A stretch of DNA of 60,043 nt, filler included, from 5 parts of 5 records of this genome joined end to end with filler, not necessarily neighbours in it, one strand, 5' to 3'; positions 1-10,787 are shown, counted from the whole stretch's first letter. Numbers and translations are program-made. The notes: a model not told the origin generated them from the letters alone.

Positions 1-2
1 TT

Positions 3-95
3 TTTAAAGACATAGAATCAAAACATTTAGATAAGGTCATTGTCTTTAAAAATCGTAGAGAAGTTAAACAATATTTACAACAATTTAAGAAATAA
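3..95 (+). CDS. 3' end of an upstream gene, possibly a FlaR/topology-modulation-type P-loop protein
   Basis: Open frame FKDIESKHLDKVIVFKNRREVKQYLQQFKK* from the window start; the family guess rests on the C-terminal pattern only. Confidence 0.3.
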   Translation, partial: FKDIESKHLDKVIVFKNRREVKQYLQQFKK

Positions 96-126
96 CTATA
101 TAAATATAGATAAATACATATAAACG

Positions 127-155
127 TTGAGAAAAGTGCTATTTTATCGTATAAT
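127..155 (+). promoter_or_regulatory. sigma-70/SigA promoter of gltX
   Basis: TTGAGA-N17-TATAAT. Confidence 0.7.
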
Positions 156-181
156 AAAAATTGCATGTAAGGTGGAATAAT

Positions 182-1525
182 ATGAAAAAAGTAAGAGTAA
201 GATATGCCCCTAGTCCAACAGGACTACTACACATAGGAAATGCTAGAAGTGCATTATTTAATTATTTATATGCACGTCATTTCAATGGTGAATTCATCGT
301 AAGAATTGAAGACACTGATGTTGCTAGAAATGTTGAAGGTGGCGAAGCATCACAATTGAATTATTTAAAATGGTTAGGTCTCGATTGGGATGAATCACCT
401 GATAAAGGTGGCGCATATGGGCCATATAGACAATTAGAAAGACTAGATTTATATACAAAATTTGCAAATGAATTATTAGAAAAGGGTTTAGCGTATAAAG
501 ACTATCGTGAAGGTAGCAAAAACTATGCCATACGCTTTAAAGTCCCAGAAAATAAAACATTTGCATTTAATGATATTGTCCGTGGTAAATTATCATTTGA
601 AGCAAAAGATGTTGAAGATTGGATTATCGTTAAAGATAATGGTATTCCAACATATAATTTTGCTGTTGTCATTGATGATCATTTTATGGAAATATCACAT
701 GTCCTTCGTGGTGAAGAACACATCACAAACACACCTAAACAAATCATGATTTATCAAGCATTTGGATGGGAAGTGCCAACATTTGGACATATGACAATTA
801 TTGTAAATGAAGAAAAGAAAAAATTAAGCAAAAGAGATAAAAATGTGATTCAATTTATTTCTGAATATGAGCAAATGGGATATTTACCTGAAGCGATGTT
901 TAATTTTATCTCTTTATTAGGTTGGTCACCACAAGGTAATAAAGAAATTTTATCTCAAGATAAAATTATTAAGCAATTTGATCCTAAACGATTATCAAAA
1001 GCACCAGCGATGTTTGATAAAGACAAATTAGCATATGTCAATAGTAGATATATTAAGAAATTATCTGATGAAGCATTAGCGCAAAAAATAAAACCATTTC
1101 TTGAAAAAGAAGGTATTGATATTAAATCTGATGCATGGTTAAATTTACTTGCAAGTGTCTTTAAAGATCGATTAAGTTATATTGGACAAATTGTTGATTT
1201 ATATCATGAGTTTTTCCATGATGAATTTAAATTATCTGATGAAGCTTATCAATTCTTAACTGAAAATCAAAGTTTAGCGTTAATCGAAGCGTTTAAACAG
1301 TTACTAGATCAAGGTGATTTCTCAGTAGAATCCATTGATCAAGCAATTAAAGATGTGAGTGCATCTCTTGAGATAAAAGGGAAACCTTTATATATGGGTC
1401 TTAGAATAGCTGCAACTGGCGATATGCATGGGCCAAGCCTTGCACATTGTATGGCTTTACTTGAACAACGTAGAGTTAATCAAAGAATAGATAGCGTTAT
1501 TAAAAAATTACGAGGTGACTTATGA
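182..1525 (+). CDS. gltX: Glutamate--tRNA ligase
   Basis: RYAPSPTGLLHIGN (HIGH motif), KLSKR (KMSKS motif), RGEEH; RBS before ATG at 182. Confidence 0.97.
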   Translation: MKKVRVRYAPSPTGLLHIGNARSALFNYLYARHFNGEFIVRIEDTDVARNVEGGEASQLNYLKWLGLDWDESPDKGGAYGPYRQLERLDLYTKFANELLEKGLAYKDYREGSKNYAIRFKVPENKTFAFNDIVRGKLSFEAKDVEDWIIVKDNGIPTYNFAVVIDDHFMEISHVLRGEEHITNTPKQIMIYQAFGWEVPTFGHMTIIVNEEKKKLSKRDKNVIQFISEYEQMGYLPEAMFNFISLLGWSPQGNKEILSQDKIIKQFDPKRLSKAPAMFDKDKLAYVNSRYIKKLSDEALAQKIKPFLEKEGIDIKSDAWLNLLASVFKDRLSYIGQIVDLYHEFFHDEFKLSDEAYQFLTENQSLALIEAFKQLLDQGDFSVESIDQAIKDVSASLEIKGKPLYMGLRIAATGDMHGPSLAHCMALLEQRRVNQRIDSVIKKLRGDL

Positions 1526-3075
1526 AAAAAATAGCATTATTAAGTGTCATGTTCATTCTATTATTTACTTTAATAGCATGTAATGATACAGGCAACGTGG
1601 TTGCTTCATTTGACAATTACGATATTACAATTAGTTCAGTATCTGTTGATGTTGATGTCGATGATCCTGATAGTGAAATTACAGGATCAACATATGTTAA
1701 ATTATATTTAGATGACGAAGAAGAAGATAGTGAAGTGATCGAATTTATTGATGGTGAAACATCACTATCATCAAATGTTGAATTTACAGGTCTTGATTCT
1801 GATACAACATATGAAATTAAAGTGATTGCTACAATGGGTAAGAAAAATGTAGAAATTATTTCAGAAACTTTCTCAACATATGCTGAAACAGAAGTATATA
1901 TCACAACTGCTGAAGAATTTTTAGCGATGAAAGATAATAAAACAGGGACATACATTTTATCAAATGATATTGATTTTAGTGATGTAGAATATGATATACC
2001 TTTCCCATCAGGTAGAAACTTTTCTGGTTCATTTGATGGTCAAGGATATACATTAAGCAATATTTCAATTGATGATATTGGAACTTATACAGGTGTATTT
2101 GGTTATGTGTCATCTGGAGAAATTAAAAATGTAAATTTAGAAAATATTTCAATTGGATCTGCTGAAGAACCTTTAGAAACATCAACATCTACACGACTAG
2201 GATTTGCAGTAGGTTATTTATCATCTGCATCTGGAGAAATCAGCAATGTTCATGTTTCAAATTCAAATATTTATGTTGAAAGTGAATCAACACTTGTTGT
2301 ATATGTTGGTGGTATCGTTGGAGAGATGAGAGGACAAATGGAAAATGTTTCTGTCTCAGATAGTATGATCAACGTTAAAACAACATCATATGGATCAGTT
2401 AAAATTGGTGGTGTTGTTGGATATTTATACGCTGATGCATCACTTCATGATGCTTTCATGACAGGTTCAATTGCATACAATCTAGAAGGTAATGATTTCG
2501 GAGATGAAGATGATCACAGTGTTAATATTGGTGGTGTCATCGGAAGAAACCTTGCGACTGACCAATTAGATACAGTATCAAATATTTATAGTCTTGCTGA
2601 TATTGATGTTACATTAAGTTATCAAACGTTAGAGTCAACAACAAAAGCAAGCTATATTGCAAATGTTGGTGGACTTATTGGAGAAAGTACAGCATACCTT
2701 GAACAAGGGTTCTATGGTGGCTCAATCACATTAACACATGAAACATCTGAATTTGAAACAAATGTTTCAAAACTCATAAGTGTTGGTGGATTATTAGGTA
2801 CATACGCTGGTACTGTTGGTCTAGATGCACTTGTACGCGTCGGTGATGATCAAGTGATTGTTGTCGATGTATCTGAAGATGCACGATTGAATGTCAACCA
2901 GCTCATTGCTAGAGAGTTAAGAGATGTTAATAATCATATCGCAGTTCTTGGTACTCAACATGCAATCGTTAACGATGTCACTGTGACAGCGTTAGTAACA
3001 AGCATTGATGATATTGATGAATTATTGACTGACCAAAGTATTTTAGATGCATATGCGTTAGTTTATGCAGACTAA
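1522..3075 (+). CDS. Surface lipoprotein with an FN3-like domain and GLUG/beta-helix-type repeats
   Basis: Signal peptide ending in lipobox LIAC; GLDSDTTYEI FN3 motif; FSGSFDGQGY and repeated VGGIVG/IGGVIG motifs. Confidence 0.75.
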   Translation: MKKIALLSVMFILLFTLIACNDTGNVVASFDNYDITISSVSVDVDVDDPDSEITGSTYVKLYLDDEEEDSEVIEFIDGETSLSSNVEFTGLDSDTTYEIKVIATMGKKNVEIISETFSTYAETEVYITTAEEFLAMKDNKTGTYILSNDIDFSDVEYDIPFPSGRNFSGSFDGQGYTLSNISIDDIGTYTGVFGYVSSGEIKNVNLENISIGSAEEPLETSTSTRLGFAVGYLSSASGEISNVHVSNSNIYVESESTLVVYVGGIVGEMRGQMENVSVSDSMINVKTTSYGSVKIGGVVGYLYADASLHDAFMTGSIAYNLEGNDFGDEDDHSVNIGGVIGRNLATDQLDTVSNIYSLADIDVTLSYQTLESTTKASYIANVGGLIGESTAYLEQGFYGGSITLTHETSEFETNVSKLISVGGLLGTYAGTVGLDALVRVGDDQVIVVDVSEDARLNVNQLIARELRDVNNHIAVLGTQHAIVNDVTVTALVTSIDDIDELLTDQSILDAYALVYAD

Positions 3076-3086
3076 TTAAAGTAGTT

Positions 3087-3115
3087 AAAGCGGCACTTGA
3101 TGTGTCGCTTTTTTT
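3087..3115 (+). terminator. Rho-independent terminator
   Basis: GCGGCAC/GTGTCGC stem followed by a T-tract. Confidence 0.75.
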
Positions 3116-3151
3116 GTATATCTATATGATATAATAAAAGCGGGTGATATC

Positions 3152-4978
3152 ATGTATATTTCAAAAACAAAATTTATCAATTATTTAAGATGTAATCGAT
3201 TTGCTGCATTAGAATCTCTATATAAAGAAAAAGAACAAGCGATTGTTGCTTTTTCTGATGATCCTGATATGGATGAACTCATGAGCGAAGAAAATAAACA
3301 AAAAATGCAAATACTTATGAGTGATATGTATGATGAAAATGACGAAGATTTATTAGAAAAAGCAGATGCTCAAATGGAAACCATGCTCCCATACTATAAT
3401 CAGATAGAAATCATTGCAGGTCATGCCATTGATCAAAGATTTAGCGGTCACACAGTCTATAGTTTAGATACGTATAAACAGCAACGCTTTGAATTTTCTC
3501 ATCAAGGCTATCAATTTTATTGTTTTCTAGATGGATATCAAGAAGATGACAAAAATATTCGTATTTTTGAAGTTAAAGCAACCACCTCTAAAAAATTTTT
3601 AGACATGACATTTAAAAATGATGATGGCCATCGCGTAGGCGTTTTTGAATATTCACCTGAAGGAATTTTGATGTTTAGAGAAGATCTACTAGGTGATGTA
3701 AATGAAGATTATTATAAAAAAACGAAACGCTTAAAAGATAGACTTTCTAAAGCTGGTCGCTATATCTATGATATTGCATATCAAAGATATGTTTTTGAAC
3801 ATTCAAATCAAAAAGATAAAAACCAAAAATATTATTTAGCAGTCTTAAATAGTGCATATATCCACGATGGACGCGTCGATGAAATGGGAAAACCTATATA
3901 TCCTGATGATTTGATAGTATTTATTGATGTGACTAAATTTTTAGATCAAATGCTACCTATCGTTGAAAATGATATTCAAGATGTTATTAATCGATTAAAT
4001 CAATTAAATGCAGAAGAAGTAAAACTGGGTGCACATTGCCAAAGAAAAGATTCGAGACAATGCAAGTTTTTTCCGGTATGTTATAAAAAACTACCAACCT
4101 ATAACTCAATATTCACTTATTTAATGGGGCACCATGGATTTAAAGAACCAAATGGTGAAAAACATGAGCGATTTGATTTAATCAATGATGGTTACTTTAA
4201 AGCAACCGATATCCCATATGAATGGTTAAATAGGAAAAATAATCAAATTCAACGTGATGTCATCGAAGGTGATGGACCTTTTATGGATAAAGAAAAAATT
4301 AAAGCGGCTATTTTGTCATTAAAATATCCGATTTATCATCTTGATTTTGAAACATTCCCTTGTCCTTTACCACGTTTCAAAGGTGAAAAACCATATAGTC
4401 AATCATTATTTCAATATTCAATTCATATTGAACATGAGCCTGGTGTTTGTGATAAAGATGAAGATAATTATAGCTTTGTTGCAACAACACATGATGATTT
4501 ACGTTTAGAATTAGTTGAAGCGATGCTAGATGTTATAAAAGATGATGATGGATCAATTATGGCATACAATATATCATTTGAAAAAACACGTTTAAAAGAA
4601 ATGGCAGAAATTTATCCACAGCACAAAGAAAGACTACATCGCATGATGGATCGTCTTGTTGATTTAATGTATTTTTTAAGAGGTAATAAGAAATTATTTG
4701 AAAGCCTTGGATTTAATGATAATGATACATTTAATTACTATCATAATGATTTAAATGGATCGTTTTCGATTAAAAAAGTGCTACCTATATTTTCAAATCT
4801 TACATATAAAGGTATGCCAATTGCAAATGGGACTGAAGCATTAGTGACTTATGCACAATTTCCGTTTATGGATAAAGATACATTTAAAGCGCAATATGAT
4901 GATCTGCTTGCATACTGTAAACAAGATACTTGGGCAATGGTTGAAATATTAGAAGCCTTAAGAAAAGAAACCCTATAA
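3152..4978 (+). CDS. DUF2779 family protein (N-terminal PD-(D/E)XK-like nuclease, C-terminal RNase H/DEDD-like domain)
   Basis: ISKTKF..RC start, LDG..IFEVKATT, LDFET, FQYSIH, YNISFE, GSFSIKKVLP, YCKQDT motifs. Confidence 0.8.
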   Translation: MYISKTKFINYLRCNRFAALESLYKEKEQAIVAFSDDPDMDELMSEENKQKMQILMSDMYDENDEDLLEKADAQMETMLPYYNQIEIIAGHAIDQRFSGHTVYSLDTYKQQRFEFSHQGYQFYCFLDGYQEDDKNIRIFEVKATTSKKFLDMTFKNDDGHRVGVFEYSPEGILMFREDLLGDVNEDYYKKTKRLKDRLSKAGRYIYDIAYQRYVFEHSNQKDKNQKYYLAVLNSAYIHDGRVDEMGKPIYPDDLIVFIDVTKFLDQMLPIVENDIQDVINRLNQLNAEEVKLGAHCQRKDSRQCKFFPVCYKKLPTYNSIFTYLMGHHGFKEPNGEKHERFDLINDGYFKATDIPYEWLNRKNNQIQRDVIEGDGPFMDKEKIKAAILSLKYPIYHLDFETFPCPLPRFKGEKPYSQSLFQYSIHIEHEPGVCDKDEDNYSFVATTHDDLRLELVEAMLDVIKDDDGSIMAYNISFEKTRLKEMAEIYPQHKERLHRMMDRLVDLMYFLRGNKKLFESLGFNDNDTFNYYHNDLNGSFSIKKVLPIFSNLTYKGMPIANGTEALVTYAQFPFMDKDTFKAQYDDLLAYCKQDTWAMVEILEALRKETL

Positions 4979-5094
4979 TATCATGGTTTTCTTCTTAATA
5001 GAGCCATTATACATAAAATTTATAGATACAGACACAATAACTTGTTATTTTCTTTATTATAATTTATAATAAACCAAAAGGGAGGGTTTAATTG

Positions 5095-6408
5095 ATGCTT
5101 AAAATTTATAATACATTAACAAACCAAATTGAGACATTTAAACCTGTGAAGCCTAAGAAAGTGAATATGTATGTTTGTGGACCAACAGTTTATAGTGATA
5201 TACATATTGGAAATGCTAGACCTGTGATTTTTTTTGATGTGGTAAAAAGATATTTATCGCATTTAAATTATCAAGTATATTATGTATCAAACATCACTGA
5301 TGTGGATGATAAAATTATAGATCATGCAAAAACACTAGGCATAACAGAACTAGAATTAACAAATAAATATACAAAACGTTTTTTAGATATGTATCAAATT
5401 GTAGGATCAATCTTACCTGATGATATGCCAAAAGCAACTGACTATGTGACTTCGATGATTGAATATATTGATGAGCTAGAGAAAAAAGGATATGCGTATC
5501 AAACACAACGAGGCGTTTATTTTAGAGTTTCCAAAGTTAAAGACTATGGATTATTATCTAATCAAGATTTATCGCAATTATCTGATGGAGTAAGAGTTGA
5601 TCTTGATCCAGAAAAAGAAAACCCAAGAGACTTTAGCATTTGGAAAAAAACAAATGATGGTCTTCATTTTTCAAGCCCTTGGGGTGATGGTAGACCAGGG
5701 TGGCACACAGAATGTGCTGTGATGAATCATGATATATTTGATGGTGAAATTGATATTCATGGTGGAGGTTCTGATTTAAAATTTCCTCATCATGAAAACG
5801 AAATTGCACAAGCGTGTGCGCATGATGATCATCATCTTGCAAAATATTGGATGCATGTAGGAAGATTAAATATTGATCAAGTAAAAATGAGTAAATCACT
5901 AGGTAATATCACACTTGTCAAAGATATGGTCAATACATATCATCCGCTAGCATTTAGACTCTTTATCATTGCACATCAATATAGACAACCCATTAATTAT
6001 TCAAAAGATGTGATGGATGAATATGCTGGTATTTATGATAAAATGATACGTAACCTTAAAAAAGCATATTTATCACTTGCTTTAACAGGACAAGTGAAAT
6101 CAAATGTTGATAAAAATGCTATGGCTGAATTTGAAGCCATGATGAATGATGATTTTAACACACCTAATGTCATCACACTGATTTATGATATATTAAAGCA
6201 ATTAAACAAAGCTAGAGAAGATGAACACAAACGTGTGATCTACACAACGCTAGAAACTATATTAAATATTTTAGGTTTAATGCCAAAATTTGAACTACAA
6301 GATGAAATTATGATGACTTACAAAGACTGGCAATCAGCAAGAGAACAAAAGAATTTCACATTAGCTGATAAACTAAGAGGTAAATTGACAGAACAAGGTT
6401 GGTTATAA
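5095..6408 (+). CDS. cysS: Cysteine--tRNA ligase
   Basis: YVCGPTVY, HIGNAR, GRPGWHTEC, FPHHENE, KMSKS. Confidence 0.97.
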   Translation: MLKIYNTLTNQIETFKPVKPKKVNMYVCGPTVYSDIHIGNARPVIFFDVVKRYLSHLNYQVYYVSNITDVDDKIIDHAKTLGITELELTNKYTKRFLDMYQIVGSILPDDMPKATDYVTSMIEYIDELEKKGYAYQTQRGVYFRVSKVKDYGLLSNQDLSQLSDGVRVDLDPEKENPRDFSIWKKTNDGLHFSSPWGDGRPGWHTECAVMNHDIFDGEIDIHGGGSDLKFPHHENEIAQACAHDDHHLAKYWMHVGRLNIDQVKMSKSLGNITLVKDMVNTYHPLAFRLFIIAHQYRQPINYSKDVMDEYAGIYDKMIRNLKKAYLSLALTGQVKSNVDKNAMAEFEAMMNDDFNTPNVITLIYDILKQLNKAREDEHKRVIYTTLETILNILGLMPKFELQDEIMMTYKDWQSAREQKNFTLADKLRGKLTEQGWL

Positions 6409-6779
6409 TGAATGGTTTAACACTCGCTTATTTAGGCGATGCATATTTCGAATTAAAAATTAGAAATTACTTAATTGAAAAAGGGTTAACACAAGTTAAT
6501 GAGCTTCATAGAGAAGCCATTAAGTATACATCAGGTGTTGCTCAAGCAAGTCTGATTGACTTCTTAATTGAAAACCATCATTTATCAGAAGAAGAAATTA
6601 AGTTATTTAAACGCGGCAGAAATGCGAGCGGTCAAGGTAGAAAAAATATTGATGCAAAAACATACCAAAGTGCAACTGGATTTGAAGCATTAATTGGTGG
6701 ACTATCTTTAAAAGAAAAAGATAGAGCTAATCAAATTATTAATCTATGTATTGCATATGTGGATGGAGGTGACATGTAA
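6408..6779 (+). CDS. mrnC: Mini-ribonuclease III
   Basis: LAYLGDA, KRGRNA, ATGFEALIG; directly follows cysS with overlapping stop/start. Confidence 0.92.
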   Translation: MNGLTLAYLGDAYFELKIRNYLIEKGLTQVNELHREAIKYTSGVAQASLIDFLIENHHLSEEEIKLFKRGRNASGQGRKNIDAKTYQSATGFEALIGGLSLKEKDRANQIINLCIAYVDGGDM

Positions 6780-6781
6780 CG

Positions 6782-9421
6782 ATGGAAAAAGCTAAAGATA
6801 TGGATAGAAGAAAAGAAATTGAATCTCTATTAAATAGTGATGAAAAAGGTCCTAAAACAATTGTAAAAGAAGATCTTATTCAAATGAAAGGTGATCCATT
6901 AGGTTTACGTGTTTCACTTGATGATGATATTCGATATGAAAAACAATCAAAAAAAGTTAAAAAAATGGATGAAGTGGTTGTTGAAAGATATAATCCAGAT
7001 GCAACAAAAGGATTAACATCTGAAGACGTTGAATCAAGACAATTGGCGGGACTTGTTAATGTTGGAGATAAAGGATCAACAAAAAGTATAGCATCCATCG
7101 TTGTCAGTAACCTCGTTACATTTTTTAATTTTCTTATATTATTAATAACAGTATGGCTTGTATCAGTTGGTGCAAGTTTAACCAATTTCTTTTATGTACT
7201 TATTGTATCTGCAAATATTGGTATTGGTATTATTCAAGAAATTAGAGCGAAGAAGACGATTGATAAATTATCTTTATTATCAGCGCCAACATCAGTAGTC
7301 ATTAGAGATGGTGATGAAATAGAAATAGGTGTTTCAGATGTAGTCATTGATGATATTTTAAAATTATCATCAGGTAAACAAATTACCGCTGATGCAGTTG
7401 TTCGAGAAGGTAGTATAGAAGTTAATGAATCATTACTAACAGGTGAATCAGATCCAATTATTAAAAAACAAGGTGATACACTTTATTCAGGTAGTTTTGT
7501 CATTTCAGGAAACTGTTATGCGCAAGTAACTGCCATCGGTAAAGATATTTATATTCAAAAACTAGCAAATCAAGCGAAAAAATATAAAAAACCAGAGTCT
7601 GAACTTCTTAGTTCACTTAAACATATTATTCGTATTATTGGTGTGATTATTATTCCAATTACATTTTTCCTTATCTATTTTCAATGGGGACAATTTAATT
7701 GGGCAGATCAAATTACATTTAGTGAAATATTAGCAAGTGAAAATTATCAAACCATTGTTGAAAAAACATCAGGTGCAATGTTAGGTATGATTCCATCAGG
7801 ACTTTTCCTATTAACATCAATGGCATTAGCAGTTGGGGTTATTAGACTTGCACAAAATAATACACTTGTTCAAGAATTATATTGTATTGAAACACTTGCA
7901 AGAGTTGACACATTATGTCTTGATAAAACTGGAACAATCACTGATGGTACAATGACTGTGCGATCTATTATTGAGTTTAAAGCAAACACTAAAGTCACAT
8001 TAAAAAATGCAGTATCAGCGATGTTAAATGCACAAAATGATAACAATTTAACATCTCAAGCTTTAAAAGAAAGATTTGGAACTGCAAAAAGATATCGCCA
8101 TAAATCACTTATCCCTTTTTCTAGTTCAAGAAAATATAGTGCAGTTGAATTTGATAGATATCACACTTTTGTGATTGGTGCGCCTGAATATGTATTAAAA
8201 AATGATTTTAATAAAATTGCAGCTGAAGTAGAAAAACAATCCAAAGAAGGATATCGAGTCTTACTTGTAGGATATTCAGAAGGTCATATCGAAAACCATG
8301 ATATCGTAGGTAAGATTGAACCGATGGCACTGATTATGATTGAAGATACCATTAGACCTGATGCGATTGATACGATTAGTTATTTTAATAGTCATCAAGT
8401 TGAAGTTAAAGTGATATCGGGTGATAATCCTGTGACTGTATCAAGAATTGCTGAAAGAGCTGCGATTGAAAATGCAAGTCAATATATCAGTTTAGAAAAT
8501 ATGAGTGATAAAGAAGTCGTTCGTATTGCGAATCGTTATACTGTATTTGGCCGTGTTTCTCCACATCAAAAGAAATTACTGATTGAATCACTTAAAAATA
8601 ATGGACGCACTGTTGCGATGACAGGTGATGGTGTCAATGATATATTAGCCCTTAAAGAAGCCGATACATCAATTGCAATGGCATCTGGTAGTGAAGCTGC
8701 AAGAAATGTTTCACATTTAGTGTTACTTGATTCTAATTTTTCATCGATGCCTAAGGTTGTTTCTGAAGGTAGAAGAGTCATTAATAATGTGCAAAAAGTA
8801 TCAACCATGTTTTTAACAAAAACGATTTTTACGATTATGCTTGCCATTATCGCGATTATTAGAAGTGATGATTTATTCCCTATTAGTCCTGGACAAATGG
8901 TATTAATTGAAGTCTTTTCAATTGGTATTCCATCATTCTTTATGGCTTTAGAACAAAACAATCGTCCGATTAAAGGGAAATTCTTAGCTAATATTTTTAA
9001 AGGTGCATTGCCTGGAGCAATTGTTGTTATTATTAATAGTTTAATTATTTATGGACTATCAGATACGTTAGCAATGACACCTGAAGTTATATCAACATTG
9101 ATTGTTGCCACTGCAACAGTTTCAACACTCATTGTCTTATTTAGAGTGTCTCAACCACTGAATACGTTTAGAACAATCTTGTTCTTAACCATGGTTACAG
9201 TATCTGCTGTCGCATTCTTCTTAATTCCTATATTCGATTTTGTACCTGTATTTGATATTGGTAATAATGTGACAGGTCAAACACTTGATCTTCCACAAAT
9301 ATTATTACTTGTTGTGCTGGCACAAGCATCGTTCCCACTTATGTATGTGATTTCACATTTATATGGATGGATTAAAGCGGGCGTTAATTTCATTATTACT
9401 AAATTAGCAGAGATAGAATAA
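6782..9421 (+). CDS. P-type cation-transporting ATPase
   Basis: TGES, DKTGT, TGDGVND motifs; multiple TM helices. Confidence 0.92.
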   Translation: MEKAKDMDRRKEIESLLNSDEKGPKTIVKEDLIQMKGDPLGLRVSLDDDIRYEKQSKKVKKMDEVVVERYNPDATKGLTSEDVESRQLAGLVNVGDKGSTKSIASIVVSNLVTFFNFLILLITVWLVSVGASLTNFFYVLIVSANIGIGIIQEIRAKKTIDKLSLLSAPTSVVIRDGDEIEIGVSDVVIDDILKLSSGKQITADAVVREGSIEVNESLLTGESDPIIKKQGDTLYSGSFVISGNCYAQVTAIGKDIYIQKLANQAKKYKKPESELLSSLKHIIRIIGVIIIPITFFLIYFQWGQFNWADQITFSEILASENYQTIVEKTSGAMLGMIPSGLFLLTSMALAVGVIRLAQNNTLVQELYCIETLARVDTLCLDKTGTITDGTMTVRSIIEFKANTKVTLKNAVSAMLNAQNDNNLTSQALKERFGTAKRYRHKSLIPFSSSRKYSAVEFDRYHTFVIGAPEYVLKNDFNKIAAEVEKQSKEGYRVLLVGYSEGHIENHDIVGKIEPMALIMIEDTIRPDAIDTISYFNSHQVEVKVISGDNPVTVSRIAERAAIENASQYISLENMSDKEVVRIANRYTVFGRVSPHQKKLLIESLKNNGRTVAMTGDGVNDILALKEADTSIAMASGSEAARNVSHLVLLDSNFSSMPKVVSEGRRVINNVQKVSTMFLTKTIFTIMLAIIAIIRSDDLFPISPGQMVLIEVFSIGIPSFFMALEQNNRPIKGKFLANIFKGALPGAIVVIINSLIIYGLSDTLAMTPEVISTLIVATATVSTLIVLFRVSQPLNTFRTILFLTMVTVSAVAFFLIPIFDFVPVFDIGNNVTGQTLDLPQILLLVVLAQASFPLMYVISHLYGWIKAGVNFIITKLAEIE

Positions 9422-9425
9422 AATT

Positions 9426-9449
9426 AAAAGAGCGAATATTCGCTCTTTT
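9426..9449 (+). terminator. Rho-independent terminator
   Basis: AAAAGAGCGAATATTCGCTCTTTT perfect inverted repeat. Confidence 0.75.
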
Positions 9450-9511
9450 ATAAAGTATTTTTACGGATTAAAATCTTAGAATTCATGTAATTTATAGTTG
9501 GAGGTATGCAT

Positions 9512-10207
9512 ATGATCGTTTATGGAAAAAATGTAATAAGAGAAGCTGTTTTTGCAAACAGAAAAATATTTGATGTGTTTGTGGATGAGAAATTCAATGA
9601 TCAAAAATTATTGAATTTACTAAAAGATAAACATGTCAGTTTTAAAAGTGTGGATAAAGCTAAATTATTCGAATTATCACACACCAAAGGGCATCAAGGC
9701 ATTGTTGCACGTATAGAAGCTTATCAATATCATCCATTAGATATCTTAAAAGATCAAGATACACTTCAACATGTTTGTATTTTAGATGGTATCGAAGATC
9801 CTCATAATTTAGGTGCTATTCTAAGGACTGCAGAAGCAACAAAAATGTCTGCAATTATTATCCCTAAAAAACAACAAGTGCCTCTTAATCAAACAGTTGC
9901 AAAAGTTTCATCTGGTGCGATTGAACATGTGCCAGTTATTGAAGTATCAAACATTAACCAAGCTATGCTCATGTTAAAATCTTGGGGATTTTGGATTGTA
10001 GGTACTGATGGTAGAACAGAACATACTTATAATGATATGCCAAAAGATGTTCATTTAGCTGTTGTTTTAGGAAATGAAGGTAGTGGGATGAGACCTTTGG
10101 TAAGAAAAAATTGTGATATGCTTGTTAAAATACCAATGCATGGGAAAATCAACTCATTAAATGTAAGTGTTGCTGCTGCATTAATGATGTATAAGATGAT
10201 TGAATAA
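9512..10207 (+). CDS. rlmB: 23S rRNA Gm2251 methyltransferase (SpoU/TrmH family)
   Basis: HQGI, DPHNLGAILRTA, GNEGSG, SLNVSVA; conserved gene order. Confidence 0.92.
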   Translation: MIVYGKNVIREAVFANRKIFDVFVDEKFNDQKLLNLLKDKHVSFKSVDKAKLFELSHTKGHQGIVARIEAYQYHPLDILKDQDTLQHVCILDGIEDPHNLGAILRTAEATKMSAIIIPKKQQVPLNQTVAKVSSGAIEHVPVIEVSNINQAMLMLKSWGFWIVGTDGRTEHTYNDMPKDVHLAVVLGNEGSGMRPLVRKNCDMLVKIPMHGKINSLNVSVAAALMMYKMIE

Positions 10208-10209
10208 CG

Positions 10210-10716
10210 ATGAGAAACGATTATGAATTATTATATTTAATCCAGGGTGAAAACGATCAGATAGCCTTAAACTACATGTTTTATAAATATGAAGGATTCA
10301 TATGGAAACAAATTCATTTACTTAATCTCAATCAATTAGAACACGAAGATTTTATGCAAGAAGGACGCATCATGTTTATTAAAGCGGTTCATACATTTGA
10401 TGAACGTTTTAATAAAACATTTACAAGATACTTTGAACTTATCTTAAAAAGACATTACTATAAGATGTATAAAAAAATTCCGAAATATGTTTTTGATGAC
10501 TATGTGATTAATACTTATCAGTATGCATATATCGAAGAAGATTATGATGATTTTTTGACATTGTGTTCATCTTTTGAACAAAGAGTATTTAGGTACTATT
10601 TTTTAGAAAACAAGAGTGTAAAATACATAGAAAATCTTGAAAAATGTGATGTGAAACAAATCTATAATGCGATTTATAGATTGAAAGAAAAATACAAAAA
10701 ATATGATATAATATAA
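10210..10716 (+). CDS. SigH/ComX-like alternative sigma-70 factor
   Basis: Region 2 EDFMQEG..KAV.TFD, region 4 IYNAIYR.K; sits at the rlmB-rpmG position occupied by sigH in Bacillota. Confidence 0.75.
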   Translation: MRNDYELLYLIQGENDQIALNYMFYKYEGFIWKQIHLLNLNQLEHEDFMQEGRIMFIKAVHTFDERFNKTFTRYFELILKRHYYKMYKKIPKYVFDDYVINTYQYAYIEEDYDDFLTLCSSFEQRVFRYYFLENKSVKYIENLEKCDVKQIYNAIYRLKEKYKKYDII

Positions 10717-10787
10717 ATGATAGTTGACTCAGCCTTTTTAAAGTGTTAAAATAACACTTGCAAAAGGCCACAAAGGTGGTTTTTTAT

